DNA of 21,111 bases from Octopus sinensis (lineage: Eukaryota). Position numbers and translations under genes: made by a program. The stretch is from the NCBI RefSeq assembly GCF_006345805.1, contig NW_021836894.1:1-21111 (forward strand). Reading direction: 5' to 3'. Positions within the stretch are counted from its first letter, which is position 1; each line of letters starts with the position of its first letter. Positions 1 through 10,019 of this stretch are shown here, piece after piece. Under the pieces are notes generated by a model. That model saw only the letters and a list, made by a program, of their open reading frames with translations, had not been told where the DNA came from and searched no databases.

Positions 1-217
1 AGGTCTAATAGGCTATTCTGCTCAAATTCTTTGTTCAGGATGTTTGCAATTGTTCTAGCAAGCTTAATTGGCGCGTACTTTATTAGTTCAGGTAGGATAT
101 TATCTAGTCCCCCAAACCTGACAGATAAATTAGGCCACACAAATATCATTTTTAGGATGATACTCCTTAAAATAAATTGAATTAATCAATTATTCGCACT
201 TCCAATATAAAGCCTCC

Positions 218-490
218 GATGACCATATTGCACGCAACCTTGCGTCCAATGTCAATTTTTGGTACTTGGACGATGTTACCTTTGGAGGACATTAACAAAA
301 TCACGTCTGGTTTCGCGGAGATCGGTCTATCTTTAAATGGTCGTAAGTGCGAACTCGTACAGAGATTGGTTTAATCATCTCGAGGAGGAGTCACGACAGT
401 CGTGAAACGAGCTGGCTTTTTCAGCGGATATCGTTCGCGATATTACGTGGGAATTGCCTGTCCATCCGTTCGGCGACTCATCTAAATTAG
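218..490 (+). mobile_element. CRE-like non-LTR retrotransposon relic (RT core fused by deletion to the extreme C-terminus)
   Basis: Manual translation in successive frames: NVNFWYLDDVTFGG (RT YxDD), IGLSLNGRKCEL, then ETSWLFQRISFAILRGNCLSI, which is the same C-terminal motif as in the other CRE-like copies. Confidence 0.8.
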
Positions 491-529
491 TTAACTTCTC
501 TTCTCTATTTTTCTTTACGTGAATAATTC

Positions 530-1685
530 ATGGCTAAAAAAAATTTATATTCATTGCAAATTGACGAATCAACTGACGTAGCAGGAATTGCACAGTTACT
601 TATTTATATTCGTACTGAAAAGTCAGAAACTATTATTGAACAATTTCTTTTCTGCAAAACATTAGTTACTACTACTTGTGCAATTGATATGTACAATTTG
701 ATATTTGATTATTTTAATAAACATAATATGTCGCGAGCGCAGCGAGCGACCGAGCGCAGCGAGCGACCACTCAATTTCTAGATCCGATCAATCAACAAAT
801 CTATAAATTGACAAATACCCAGGCTGGTATTTGGTTTAAATATATTCGATAACAAAATTTAAAATCGATGCCAAAGCAGAATGAGCTTTAAAACCGATTT
901 CATAAATAAAAATAATATTTTAAAATTTATAATGGATATTTTAGAATAATGAGAAAAAATCTAAATGCTTCATAATTTATTAAAATGTCAAAACAAGAAT
1001 CTTCTGAAGGAGCAAGCCTGTCTGCACAGTTCATTTTTGATTAGAAGACCTAATTTTAGAGATTAAAACGAAAAAATAGCAATGAGATCTGTTAAATTAT
1101 TACCCCCCTCACAACCTAAACCAAATTAGCGTTCAGTATTCATTGATTTTACTTTTTCTATTAAGGTCTACTTATAAATTATTTTATGGGATTCAATGGA
1201 AAACTTAAGTTATTTCAATTTTAATTTTAAATCATGTTAAAATTTTAAATAATTTAATAAATATATTTGTTGATGACAGGCTTGTTAGCTGTCAAAGTCG
1301 CGTCTAGCGCTCGGTCGCGCGCTGCGCTCGCGACATAATATTTCCTTTAAAAATTGTGTTGGTGTATGCACAGATGGGGCACCATCTATGTCTGGAAGAC
1401 TTAATGGACTTGTATATTGTTTTATTATATGATTAAATTCAGGTTTCTTTACTATTTGTGTGAAAAGGGATTTTCTGCATTACAAAACATTAAAACAAAT
1501 AAGCGAAAAAATCTACTGGATTTAGATTCAGAAATGCGACTGGCCTTATCAAATATTGAGCCAGACATAGAAAAATTATGTAAAAATAATAAATTTTATA
1601 ATTATGTTTTGATTTTTGATTATGTGCCGCGAGATTATTTTTTATTAGCATTTGCGCCGCGAGAAATTTCTCGTGAAAACCTATG
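530..1685 (+). pseudogene. hAT (Buster/ZBED8-like) transposase relic, interrupted by a MITE and internally deleted
   Basis: YSLQIDESTDVAGIAQLLIYIR (first catalytic D); CVGVCTDGAPSM after the insertion; YLCEKGFS...EMRLALSNIEPDI (hAT dimerisation domain); degenerate TIR ending at ~1685 followed by ATGTAAAT (NNNTANNN). Confidence 0.88.
729..1335. mobile_element. 607-bp non-autonomous TIR element (TGTC...GACA, 5-bp TSD TAATA), probably Ginger2/TDD-type
   Basis: Left TGTCGCGAGCGCAGCGAGCGACCGAGCGC and right GCGCTCGGTCGCGCGCTGCGCTCGCGACA; TAATA at 724-728 and 1336-1340; removal restores the hAT frame (KHN-ISFKNCVGVCTDG). Confidence 0.92.
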
Positions 1686-1779
1686 ATGTAAATAATCCCG
1701 ATATTTTTTTCCCATAAAAATAAATAGAATAATGACAAATAGTTATTAACTATGCATATTCAATTATCCCGATATTAAG

Positions 1780-2148
1780 TTGAAATTAACGGAGATCATA
1801 TGCAATTATTCACAAATAATAGATATTCTCAAAGTTTCGGAATGTTGCGACTATTCAATCAATCGGGAATATTATGACATAGAAGGACTACATTTTTATG
1901 ATGATAAGGCAAATATTAAAAATTATATGAATAAAAGAATGGAGGAAAACGGATTTAAACCTATTATTGAGATGACTGAACCGAAAATTAGCCAACGAGA
2001 TTATTTTTTACTTTCACGCTGTCAGGCATCCTCTGCATCCGTTGAAAGAGCTATTAAAATGCTGAAAAATATTTTAAAAAAGATAGAAACTTCTATCCAG
2101 ACAATATCAAGCATTACTTCTTATTATATTACAATAAATAAAATTTAA
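1780..2148 (+). pseudogene. C-terminal fragment of a hAT-like transposase
   Basis: LLSRCQASSASVERAIKMLKNIL resembles the hAT C-terminal SxxxERxFS motif; frameshifted tail. Confidence 0.5.
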
Positions 2149-2189
2149 ATGTTATTTTTATTATTAAATGTTTAATTTAAATGTGATCA

Positions 2190-2398
2190 TTGATCACGAA
2201 AATATTATGCGAATTGGGGAAATGTTAATAAAATTAATTAAAAAACATAAAATTTCTGATTTTTTGAATATAAATAATTTTATGTATTTAGTCATTTTTA
2301 CATAAAAAGAAAGATTTAATCTATATTGTAAGTTAATGTTTCAACTATAAAATATTATTTAAATTGCAAAAAATCGGCAGATTCGAGAGGTTTTAATA
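2190..2398 (+). mobile_element. 3' end of a pogo/Tigger element (same family as the one at 12161)
   Basis: GATCACGAAAATATTATGCGAATTGGGGAAATGTTAA nearly identical to 13360-13397; TATAAAATATTATTTAAATTGC shared with 13749-13770; GGCAGATTCGAGAGGTTT is the reverse complement of the TIR core at 12166-12182. Confidence 0.8.
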
Positions 2399-2399
2399 A

Positions 2400-2830
2400 T
2401 AATGAAAAAAATAATTAAAGGAACAAACAAATAAAATCGAGTTATAAAATTGTTATTCAGAAAATTTTTTAAAAAAATAAGAGAAAATTTGATAAATAAT
2501 ATGACTAAGAAAATAATAGTGTTTAGAAGTTTCAAAATAAATAAAAGAAACAGATTAAAGGAATAAAACCAGAAATATACAAAAAATGATGAAATTTCAG
2601 ATAATTTAATTATTAAAAGAAATCACATCTCGCATTATTCCTTCTACATCCAATTAAATAAAAAATAAAGTGTGATCAAAAATTAATAAAATACAACAAA
2701 GTGAATCGACTCCGTAATAACACGTGGCTTAATTTATTAAGTTTTCTAGTAAAAATTAAGATAATGAAAAATAATTAATAAAAATAAATTTTATTTTAAT
2801 TACAAAAAAATTGTACTAAACTTTATTTTG
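2400..2830 (+). repeat. Unclassified AT-rich dispersed repeat, copy 1
   Basis: Colinear similarity with the copies at ~6440-7180, 13833-14060 and 18670-19030, including ATGAAATTTCAxATAAT, TATTCCTT and CACGTGGCTTAATT landmarks; boundaries approximate. Confidence 0.75.
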
Positions 2831-3071
2831 AGAAAATCTTTACGTGTCATTTTTAATAGTTCGCAGGTCTAGCTGCAAAAAATAAGTGAATTTCTAAATA
2901 ACAAAAAACGGACTAAAGTATAAAATTGGAATGATTTATGAAAATGTTTAAATTTCAAGCATAATGAATGGATTAGTTAGTTCGTGAATATTCTTTAGAA
3001 TCTGTAGCAAATACGGAAAGTGGAAATTCGTACTATGAAATTCAAAATCCGAACAAAAGTCAATAAATTAA

Positions 3072-4414
3072 TGTCACAGGCTGGATAATGGCCTGGGTTG
3101 GATAATACCCCCTTAAAAATTTTATTAAAGTCAAACAAAAATAACCTGATAATTAATTAAAAATAACTTGATAATGGAATTAAGTCGATTTATTCAATTT
3201 TTTATCAGTTTTTTGATTGAATGAATTTTTCCAAGAGTCGGCAAAAACCGGCATCACAAATTTTTCCGAATCAATAACGTATTTTATTATAATTATACAA
3301 TCTTTTAGGTCTACAATTTATAAACAAATATTAAAAATTGATGAATTTTTATTATATAAAAATTTTCTATAAGAGTCATATTTTTTTATGCGACTTTTGT
3401 GTAGATGTTTGGATGATTTGTCATTCAGATCTTTAAGTGCGCACGTGTCTTTATGAACTTCCGATATTTCATATATAGTTGAATCGATCTGATCGTATAG
3501 GGGGTATTTTCGATTATTTGGATTTGTATCAATATCATGTCTCAGTAGGACATTATCTCCTACGGCTAAATCTTCATCAAATTTCCATTTCCGCCTCCTT
3601 TTCATTTTTTCTCCGGGAAGAACATGGCTTTCATGTTCTGTTGATTCAAACAATCGTCCTCGTTTTCGAAATAATCGGATCCAATTATCTCTGATTGACT
3701 TTATTCAACCGCTTCATTTCCATCGAATGACAATAACGCCGATCTTATTTCTTCCGGGATTAACTTATTTCCTCGCATAAAAATTTCGAAAGGTGTCCTC
3801 TTGGTCGTTCCATGCTTCGCCATGTTATATTTATTTATAAACGATGCTTCGCCGGCTTAGTCGCCATCAACTTTTTTGAATAGTTCAATACATATGCACC
3901 TGATAGTGAACGCATTTTGAGATCACAGCAGTAATTTCGTCTCGGGTTACTGCATAAATTTCCTTTCTCAATATCGAAAGCAATTATCTCTCCCAAAATG
4001 TGTCCTCATATGTTCGATCTATAATAATTATTAGTTTAAGTTCCTTTTCTTCTTTGGGAAACCTTCCTCTTCGAAAATTAACTGTTCTGTTAATTTTCTG
4101 TATCTTTTTTTCAAATTTCTGAAATCGGTCAATATAAAAAAACATCTATTTGAATATTTTTGATTACTTCAAGTTCATCTTCGGTAAGGTTGAGTAAAAC
4201 CATTTCTGAAATATAAATTTGATCGATTATACTTATTATTTTTCCAATTTGGAAAACTTAGATAACCAAAATAAATTTGCACGCTAGATTAATTTGAAAA
4301 AACTTTGATAAATTACTAATAATTAAGAAAATCAAAAAATCTAATCAAAATTAATTTGAAAAAATAACGTTGAGGGGACATTATCCAACCCAGGGCATTA
4401 TCCAGCCTGTGACA
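3072..4414 (-). mobile_element. Ginger2/TDD-like DNA transposon, internally deleted (1343 bp)
   Basis: ~45-bp TIRs TGTCACAGGCTGGATAATGxCCTGGGTTGGATAAT; 5-bp TSD ATTAA (3067-3071, 4415-4419); decayed minus-strand ORF from ATG 4203 with an HxxxH zinc-binding remnant and C-terminal VGDNVLLRHDIDTNPNNRKYPL (3318-3653) similar to IGDNVTIKIDFDKNIKTRKYPL of the 8842 integrase. Confidence 0.88.
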
Positions 4415-4415
4415 A

Positions 4416-5590
4416 TTAATTATTTAGGTTCTTGTTTTTAAAGTCTTGCCAGAGAATGTTGACAACCGTGTCAAGCATCATGCAGTTTATGTTGAGTGCG
4501 ATAAGTCGACAAATGAAGAATCCGTCGTTTTTGAGGTATTTGTTAATGAATTTGGTGAACTGATCGTTCTCAGTTGGAGCAATGTCCTGAATGTACTGAC
4601 TAACGTAGTCGTCCCGTAGACGGGGAATCGAGAAATAAAGAAGCCACTTGACGTACGAGATCAAAGTCGCAACTCCGACAATTAGGAGCATATACCAAAT
4701 AATTATGAATATTTTTTCTGAGAATAGATTTTGTTGAAGCACGCATTGGACTGTGTAGATGTGTGTCTGTTTGATGGTCCGTTCGGGGATATCGCAGTAG
4801 TTACCCGCGGAAGAAAGAGAACTCGTTTATTTCTTTTCCGTGAATGTACTCGTTCAGAATGTGGAAACCGTACATGTGAAACTGAAAGCCCAAAAATCTG
4901 TTCAGCAGAAAAAATTGACCAAACGCGTTGAAGAGGAAAAGTGTTTTGGTGATGCAGTATGCAAAAGACAAATAGTTTCCGTGTTTCCGTCCCCCAGACC
5001 ACATCAGCATTTTTATAAGAGACACGACTCTGTTCGATGTCCCATCCCAGTTGTCTCTCCGTCGCAAATAATGGTCGATTTGGTACGCGATTTCGTTCGC
5101 TATTTTTTCCTTTTCTGAGATTCGTTCAATTTTATGAGCAATCGAGCATTTATTGACTATTCCAGGCAGATTCAGACCGGATCCGAAGACGTAGGAACGC
5201 CAAGCCATGATAGGGAGGTAGAACAAAAGACTCATGGACAAAAGGATGTAGTGCATCCACTGGTAGTATGCCAGTGTGCTTTTTTTCTTGATTTCATCTG
5301 ATGAGGGCAGTTTTTGATCAAGGGCCACGTAGTATGTGCCCTTAGTCCAGCAGTAAGAATCCCCGAATGAAGTGTAAGAATCTCAAAATTTTATGACAAG
5401 ACAAACATGTAAACATGGCAGGATGCCAGCAAACGAGATGCGACCCTGTGAAGTTCCTGCTCATCATGGCAATTGCGAAAAAGAGGATGATGTTAGTGCC
5501 ATACCTATAGCTCATTCGGTCTACCCAATCGTCGTCCTTTCGGTCGTTGTAACGAGTTATCGCACTCGACAGTAGACGCACGAACTGCAT
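4416..5590 (-). CDS. inx: Innexin (gap-junction/hemichannel protein), ~383 aa after repair; exons 5590-5407 and 5381-4416; two apparent 1-bp deletions at ~4810 and ~4800
   Basis: DDDWVDRMSY; CWHPAMFT..SYCWTKGTYY; signature YYQW; F(P)RV(T)YCD; VQCVLQQNLFSEKIFIIIW; YLKNDGFFICRLI; four hydrophobic segments. Confidence 0.96.
5382..5406 (-). other. 25-nt GT-AG intron in innexin
   Basis: GTTTGTCTTGTCATAAAATTTTGAG; removal joins the two ORFs in frame and gives innexin-typical spacing PAMFT-x9-YCW. Confidence 0.88.
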
Positions 5591-6439
5591 TTGTCTTCCC
5601 AGGCAAATCGGTTTATATTTGTATTGAAGTCTTGAATGTCTGTTTTTTTGCCCGAGTGTACTTGAAATGCATTTTGAAATAAACATTTCTCTGGTCCTGT
5701 TCACAAAAGCTATCCCTATCGTCACTCTACTGCTTCTCTCTTGTCTGTTTTATTAAGAAATATTGTATGCTGAGAAACGACGTGGTTTTCTGAATGGAAA
5801 ATTGATATAAAATATTTACAGGAATCCGACCTTTTCTTTAATTGTGATGTGTATTGTATTTGTTTGAGAAAACACACATTCCTCAAACATAGCATCACTT
5901 CACATAAAGGAGAGTTATTCCAGTGTATAACCCACCGAAGAGACTCGGTAAGATTGACATTTGTTCGCATCCATTAATGTTTAGTGGTTCTAAACTGGAG
6001 TATCCACGATGCAGCGGGGATACGCAAATTGTCTCGAGATGTCATCTCCAAACAAAAATTAAAGACATTTAGGATTTAAATATGAAACTTCTTAGTGCAT
6101 TAAGAATTTTTATCTTATTTTTTTCTCGCAAACCATACACACCCCTCTTCAATAGGGAACATTGACTAATGTGAAAATACGCTTCCTCTGGGTCTTTCTC
6201 TCGCTCGCCTTATAGTGTCTATGGATACATAGTTCGTAACTTCTGGAATGTCGAGTATTGATTTGTCCATATGCAGCAATATCACATCAAAAATTTTTCT
6301 ATAAGCTTTTATAGTTTTTCTTAACTATATTATTTAAAGCAGATAACTATTATCAGGATTCTTAAACTCGGTAAATGGACGAACATTGAAACAAAATAAC
6401 AAATGATATTTAACAATATTTAAAAAAAACAAATGATTA

Positions 6440-7180
6440 ATTTTGAAACTGATTTTATTTGTAAATTATTTTATTTAATAATAAATTTCTTGAATAATCT
6501 GCTTAATTATCTTAATTTATGAAGGCAAACCTAATAATAATAATAAATTAAGCCACGTGTGAGCACGCTGTTGCTTCACGTTGTGGTATTCTTTTGATAA
6601 ATCTCCTTAGTTTTATTTTTATTTGATTTGATTTAAAAGGAATAATTTGAAATGTAGTTTCATTTAATGAATTATATGAAATTTCATTATTTTTGTGTTA
6701 TTTTCCGATTTTATTCCTTTAATTCATTTCTTTACTTATTTTGAATCTTCTAAAAAAATTATATTTTCTTCTTTATCTCTTTTATTCAATTTTCTTGCTA
6801 ATTTTAAAATTTTCTGAATAATCATTTTATAACTCAATTTTTCTTGTTACAAAATGAAAGAAAATGGAACAAGAAGTCAGCTACTAGCCGCAGAAGAATA
6901 GAGAACTGTTCCCCCTGAGTACGGCTATTGAGACGCGCTCAAGCCGATTGACCTCACGGGGGTCGTTTCTAATCCTCCCGAGGTGACGGCCTCTCTCGGT
7001 GAGAAACGTAGCGTGGCGTGAGGTCAATCGGCTTTTGAGCGCGTCTCAATAGCCGTACTCAGGGGAACAGTTTCTCTATTTCTCTGCGGCTAGTAGCTGA
7101 CTTCTTGTTCCATTTTCTTTTCATTTGTAATAAACTATTAAGATTTAATTTTTCTTGTTTGTTCTTATAATTAATTTTTT
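6440..7180 (-). repeat. AT-rich dispersed repeat, copy 2 (interrupted by the foldback insertion)
   Basis: AATTAAGCCACGTGT at ~6547; reverse-complement colinearity with 2400-2830. Confidence 0.72.
6849..7146. repeat. Foldback (long inverted repeat) insertion, ~112-bp arms, flanked by a 13-bp direct repeat
   Basis: 6847-6958 is the reverse complement of 7017-7130 apart from small indels; AATTTTTCTTGTT at 6836-6848 and 7147-7159. Confidence 0.9.
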
Positions 7181-7192
7181 TATGGTCTAACC

Positions 7193-7260
7193 CAGCGTTT
7201 CTCAACCTTTTTGTGCTCACGGTACATTAAACTACGTTTTTTTTCTCCCGGCACTTAAAA
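7193..7260. mobile_element. Orphan hAT (Buster/Charlie-type) terminus
   Basis: CAGCGTTTCTCAACCTTTTT preceded by GTCTAACC (NNNTANNN); similar to the TIRs at 10307, 16192 and 20600. Confidence 0.75.
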
Positions 7261-7524
7261 AATCAATATTCATTTATTATTATTTTTTTTATTATGTCAC
7301 ATGCACAACGCGCCCTACGCCCTGAGCGCACATTATTGATTCGCTAATAAATAATGATTGATAACCATATGGATGTATATAATTATACAAAAGTTCAGCA
7401 CCAGATGGAAGGAAAAATTTTATTTTAAAATAAAAGGCTGTTAGTGAGGGTATAATTAAGACCTTCGGCATTTCTGCCTTTTCAGTCCCGCACACACGCT
7501 CGCCTCTCAGCCGCAAACTAAGAC

Positions 7525-8000
7525 TTACCGTCTTACCTGCCACCCAGACATTATCTTTTCTAAGACCTCAGGGAGGCCTTTGAGGGACAATTCCTGGGTG
7601 TCCGTGAGCTCCACTCGCCATCCTAAGCCATGGGCTAGCCGGATGGCTCGTCTTCTGACTTTCTTGAGCGCGTCAACGTACTTCTCTCGGTCCTCACAGA
7701 AGTGCCAGGCATGTACACCATAGGTCAACACGGGTAACACCATGGCGTTAAACACACGTAGCCAAGCACCTCTCCGCAGCCGGAAAGCACGCAACGCGCC
7801 TAATCGCTGCATTGCACGCATTTTCGTACGTGCAATGTGATCATCAAACTTACCGGACGGCTTAAAGAGCACGCCCAAATAAGTCATCCGATCAACTGCA
7901 GCAATCGCTGACCCGTTCAGCAATAACCTAGGAGCGTAATTAGTGTAACCCCGCGTCCTTTTACAGACTTTGAGAACACTGCACTTATCCGCACGCATAT
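7525..8000 (-). mobile_element. 5'-truncated LINE, C-terminal part of RT ORF2
   Basis: KCSVLKV...MTYLGVLF...FDDHI...A...LGAL...FNAMVLPVLTYGVHAW, typical of the region after the RT core in APE-type LINEs; GC-rich island. Confidence 0.85.
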
Positions 8001-8043
8001 ATTGGTGTTTAACTTTCAAATTGAAACAAATTTTTAATAAAAA

Positions 8044-8800
8044 TTAATTAATTTTCTTTTTAAGCCGATGAATTTGAATTTTATCTTTTGAGCCATCTTT
8101 TTTCTCAATCTCAGCATAGTTATTTGAAAAAATCTGAACAATTTTAACCGGAGAACCATATGGACTTTCAAATTTATTTAATTTTAGTGAAGGATTCGTT
8201 CCAAAATCCTTTTTTATTCGGACCTATATTTATAAATTTTTATAGAAAACCATATCTCCCAATTTAAAATCATTTTTGAAGCGCTCAATGATCCCTTGAC
8301 TGCGTGGATTGTTAGGCCTTCCGTGAATTTGGAGAATGTTGTATTTCCACACAAGTCAGTAAGGTAAGAATTCTTGAACTCTGTCCCATTATCTGTTTGT
8401 AGATATAGACATGGTCCATGCTCGATAAATATATCTTGAATATTTTTTGAAACCTCGAGTCCAGATTTATTTTTTAGCTTTCTTGTGAATCCATATTTGC
8501 TGTATACATCAATACAAGTTAACAGCCATGAAAAAGAATCATTGGAACTCGAAAATCTAAAATAATCAGAAAAAGGGAAATTAATTATCGATATTACAGT
8601 TTTTGTAAAAATCCAAAAATATTACATAAATGATGAAAAAATCAGAAAAAGCACCTTTTAAGATCGATTAAATCCATTTGAAACCTTTCATTTGGTTTAT
8701 TAGCAAAAACGTGAAATTCTGTATCATGGTCCTTTAAAGGTCCAGAAAAGCGGCAAATGTCACAGTTTATAACAACATCACGGACGATTTCACGTTTAAT
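8044..8800 (-). pseudogene. Second Ginger-like integrase relic with two introns (8557-8654, 8224-8250)
   Basis: Manual translation: VINCDIC..KPNERFQMDLIDLKR^FSSSNDSFSWLLTCIDVYSKY..YLQTDNGTEF..HGRPNNPRSQGIIERF [deletion] FKLGDM^VRIKKDF; contains a frameshift and a stop. Confidence 0.85.
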
Positions 8801-8841
8801 AAAGCAGAGAAACTTCTTCCACTACTAGAAATTGTTCCTTG

Positions 8842-9981
8842 CTAAAAAAAACTAGTGAGTGGATATTTTCTTGTTTTTATATTTTTATCGAAATCAATTT
8901 TAATTGTAACATTATCTCCAATTGTGATATCTTTTTTTCGAAAATTTTTGTTTGCGTCTTCTGTAACTTTTCTTTTATACTTTTCATTATGAGTTTTTAC
9001 TTCTAAGGATAATTCCGTTTCTTCCGATTCTGAGTTAATCTCTTCTTCTGCGCCTCCACATGGCAAAATATTAAAACCCGTTATTCCGTAAAATAGACTG
9101 GGTAAATAAAAAGAGACTAACCAAAATTGTGACTTTCCAGTTGCGCGATGACAAGTTATGTTGTATTTATACACCACCTTCTGTAGAATTTCTCTCCACC
9201 TTATAGATTCTGTTGCGAACAAAGTCTTCCCCAACCAACGTTTGAGAGTTTGGTTATATCTTTCTATTTGTCCTTGAGATTGTGGGTGCCTTGGTCTTCC
9301 ATATATCGGAGTTATTTTCCAATCATCAAGAAGTTTTGAAACTTCTTTGTTGCGGAATTCCTTTCCATTGTCCGAATGAAAATAAATTGGAGGACCGACA
9401 GTCTGGAATAAACTCTCAATTGCATTATAGATGCTTTGTGATGTTTTATTCTCTAACGCGAATGACCATGCAAACTTTGTGTATGCATCGATGACAGTAA
9501 GTATCCATTTAAAATTGTCATTATTTGCAGAATACCGCCTTAGATCTATACAGTCGGCGATAAATCTTTCGTATTTTTTTTCCACAGAAATCATTCTGAT
9601 ATTTTCACAAGTACTTAAAGAGTTAAATGATTGGCACGGTATGCATTTTGATACAAAATCACGAATTATACATTGTTTAATTCCAATATATTTTTGAGAA
9701 ATTAGATAACACATTTTATTGAACCCAGGATGTCCTTCATTATGTTCATCACAAAGAATAGATTGAATCCTTTCATGTTCAAAAGGACATATAACAATTT
9801 TATGTGTTCCTGATTTGGAATAAGAGAATAATTGATCGTCTGCAAAATGAAGAGTTTTACACTTTCTTCGAATTGTTCGCTTTTTGGTTTCTGTCATTCC
9901 AGGTTCATATTTTTTAGACAATAGATATAGTAAAATAGAATCATATTCTCCTTTGCTATTGATGTGTATCGAGCGCACCAT
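8842..9981 (-). CDS. Ginger2-like retroviral-type DDE integrase/transposase (near-intact, 3' end frameshifted or truncated; probable 24-nt intron 9098-9121)
   Basis: HNEGH..CIPC zinc finger; ADCID, VIDAYTKF, FHSDNGKEF, GRPRHPQSQGQIERYN (rve DDE); no adjacent RT or RNase H; TGTCG terminus at 10085; ATG at 9981. Confidence 0.88.
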   Translation of the reverse strand: MVRSIHINSKGEYDSILLYLLSKKYEPGMTETKKRTIRRKCKTLHFADDQLFSYSKSGTHKIVICPFEHERIQSILCDEHNEGHPGFNKMCYLISQKYIGIKQCIIRDFVSKCIPCQSFNSLSTCENIRMISVEKKYERFIADCIDLRRYSANNDNFKWILTVIDAYTKFAWSFALENKTSQSIYNAIESLFQTVGPPIYFHSDNGKEFRNKEVSKLLDDWKITPIYGRPRHPQSQGQIERYNQTLKRWLGKTLFATESIRWREILQKVVYKYNITCHRATGKSQFWLVSFYLPSLFYGITGFNILPCGGAEEEINSESEETELSLEVKTHNEKYKRKVTEDANKNFRKKDITIGDNVTIKIDFDKNIKTRKYPLTSFF

Positions 9982-10019
9982 GAACAGTTTAAAATTTATT
10001 CCCAAAATCATAATAATTT

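Noticed and set aside
729-765. GAGC repeats resembling a parvoviral (AAV) Rep-binding element
   Set aside because: No Rep or capsid ORF and no T-shaped hairpin; the TIR plus 5-bp TSD explains it
4767-4804. 38-nt GT..AG candidate intron to bypass the innexin stop at 4801
   Set aside because: Does not restore the frame and would remove the conserved VTxC residues
4416-5590. Viral innexin (vinnexin) of polydnavirus origin
   Set aside because: Contains a host-type micro-intron and no viral context is visible
5591-5970. N-terminal extension of ORF 5342-5725 and ORF 5722-5970
   Set aside because: Innexin similarity begins at ATG 5590; no recognisable motifs upstream
6847-7130. Missed sequencing-adapter palindrome artefact
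   Set aside because: The inversion is local, the flanks resume the host repeat, and the loop does not resemble an adapter; read-level confirmation is still advisable
7295-7345. TGTCAC-starting GC-rich patch as another Ginger terminus
   Set aside because: No partner TIR or TSD found; a 6-bp match is insufficient
8842-10011. LTR retrotransposon pol gene
   Set aside because: No protease, RT, RNase H or LTRs; the nearby RT at 7525 is LINE-type and unrelated
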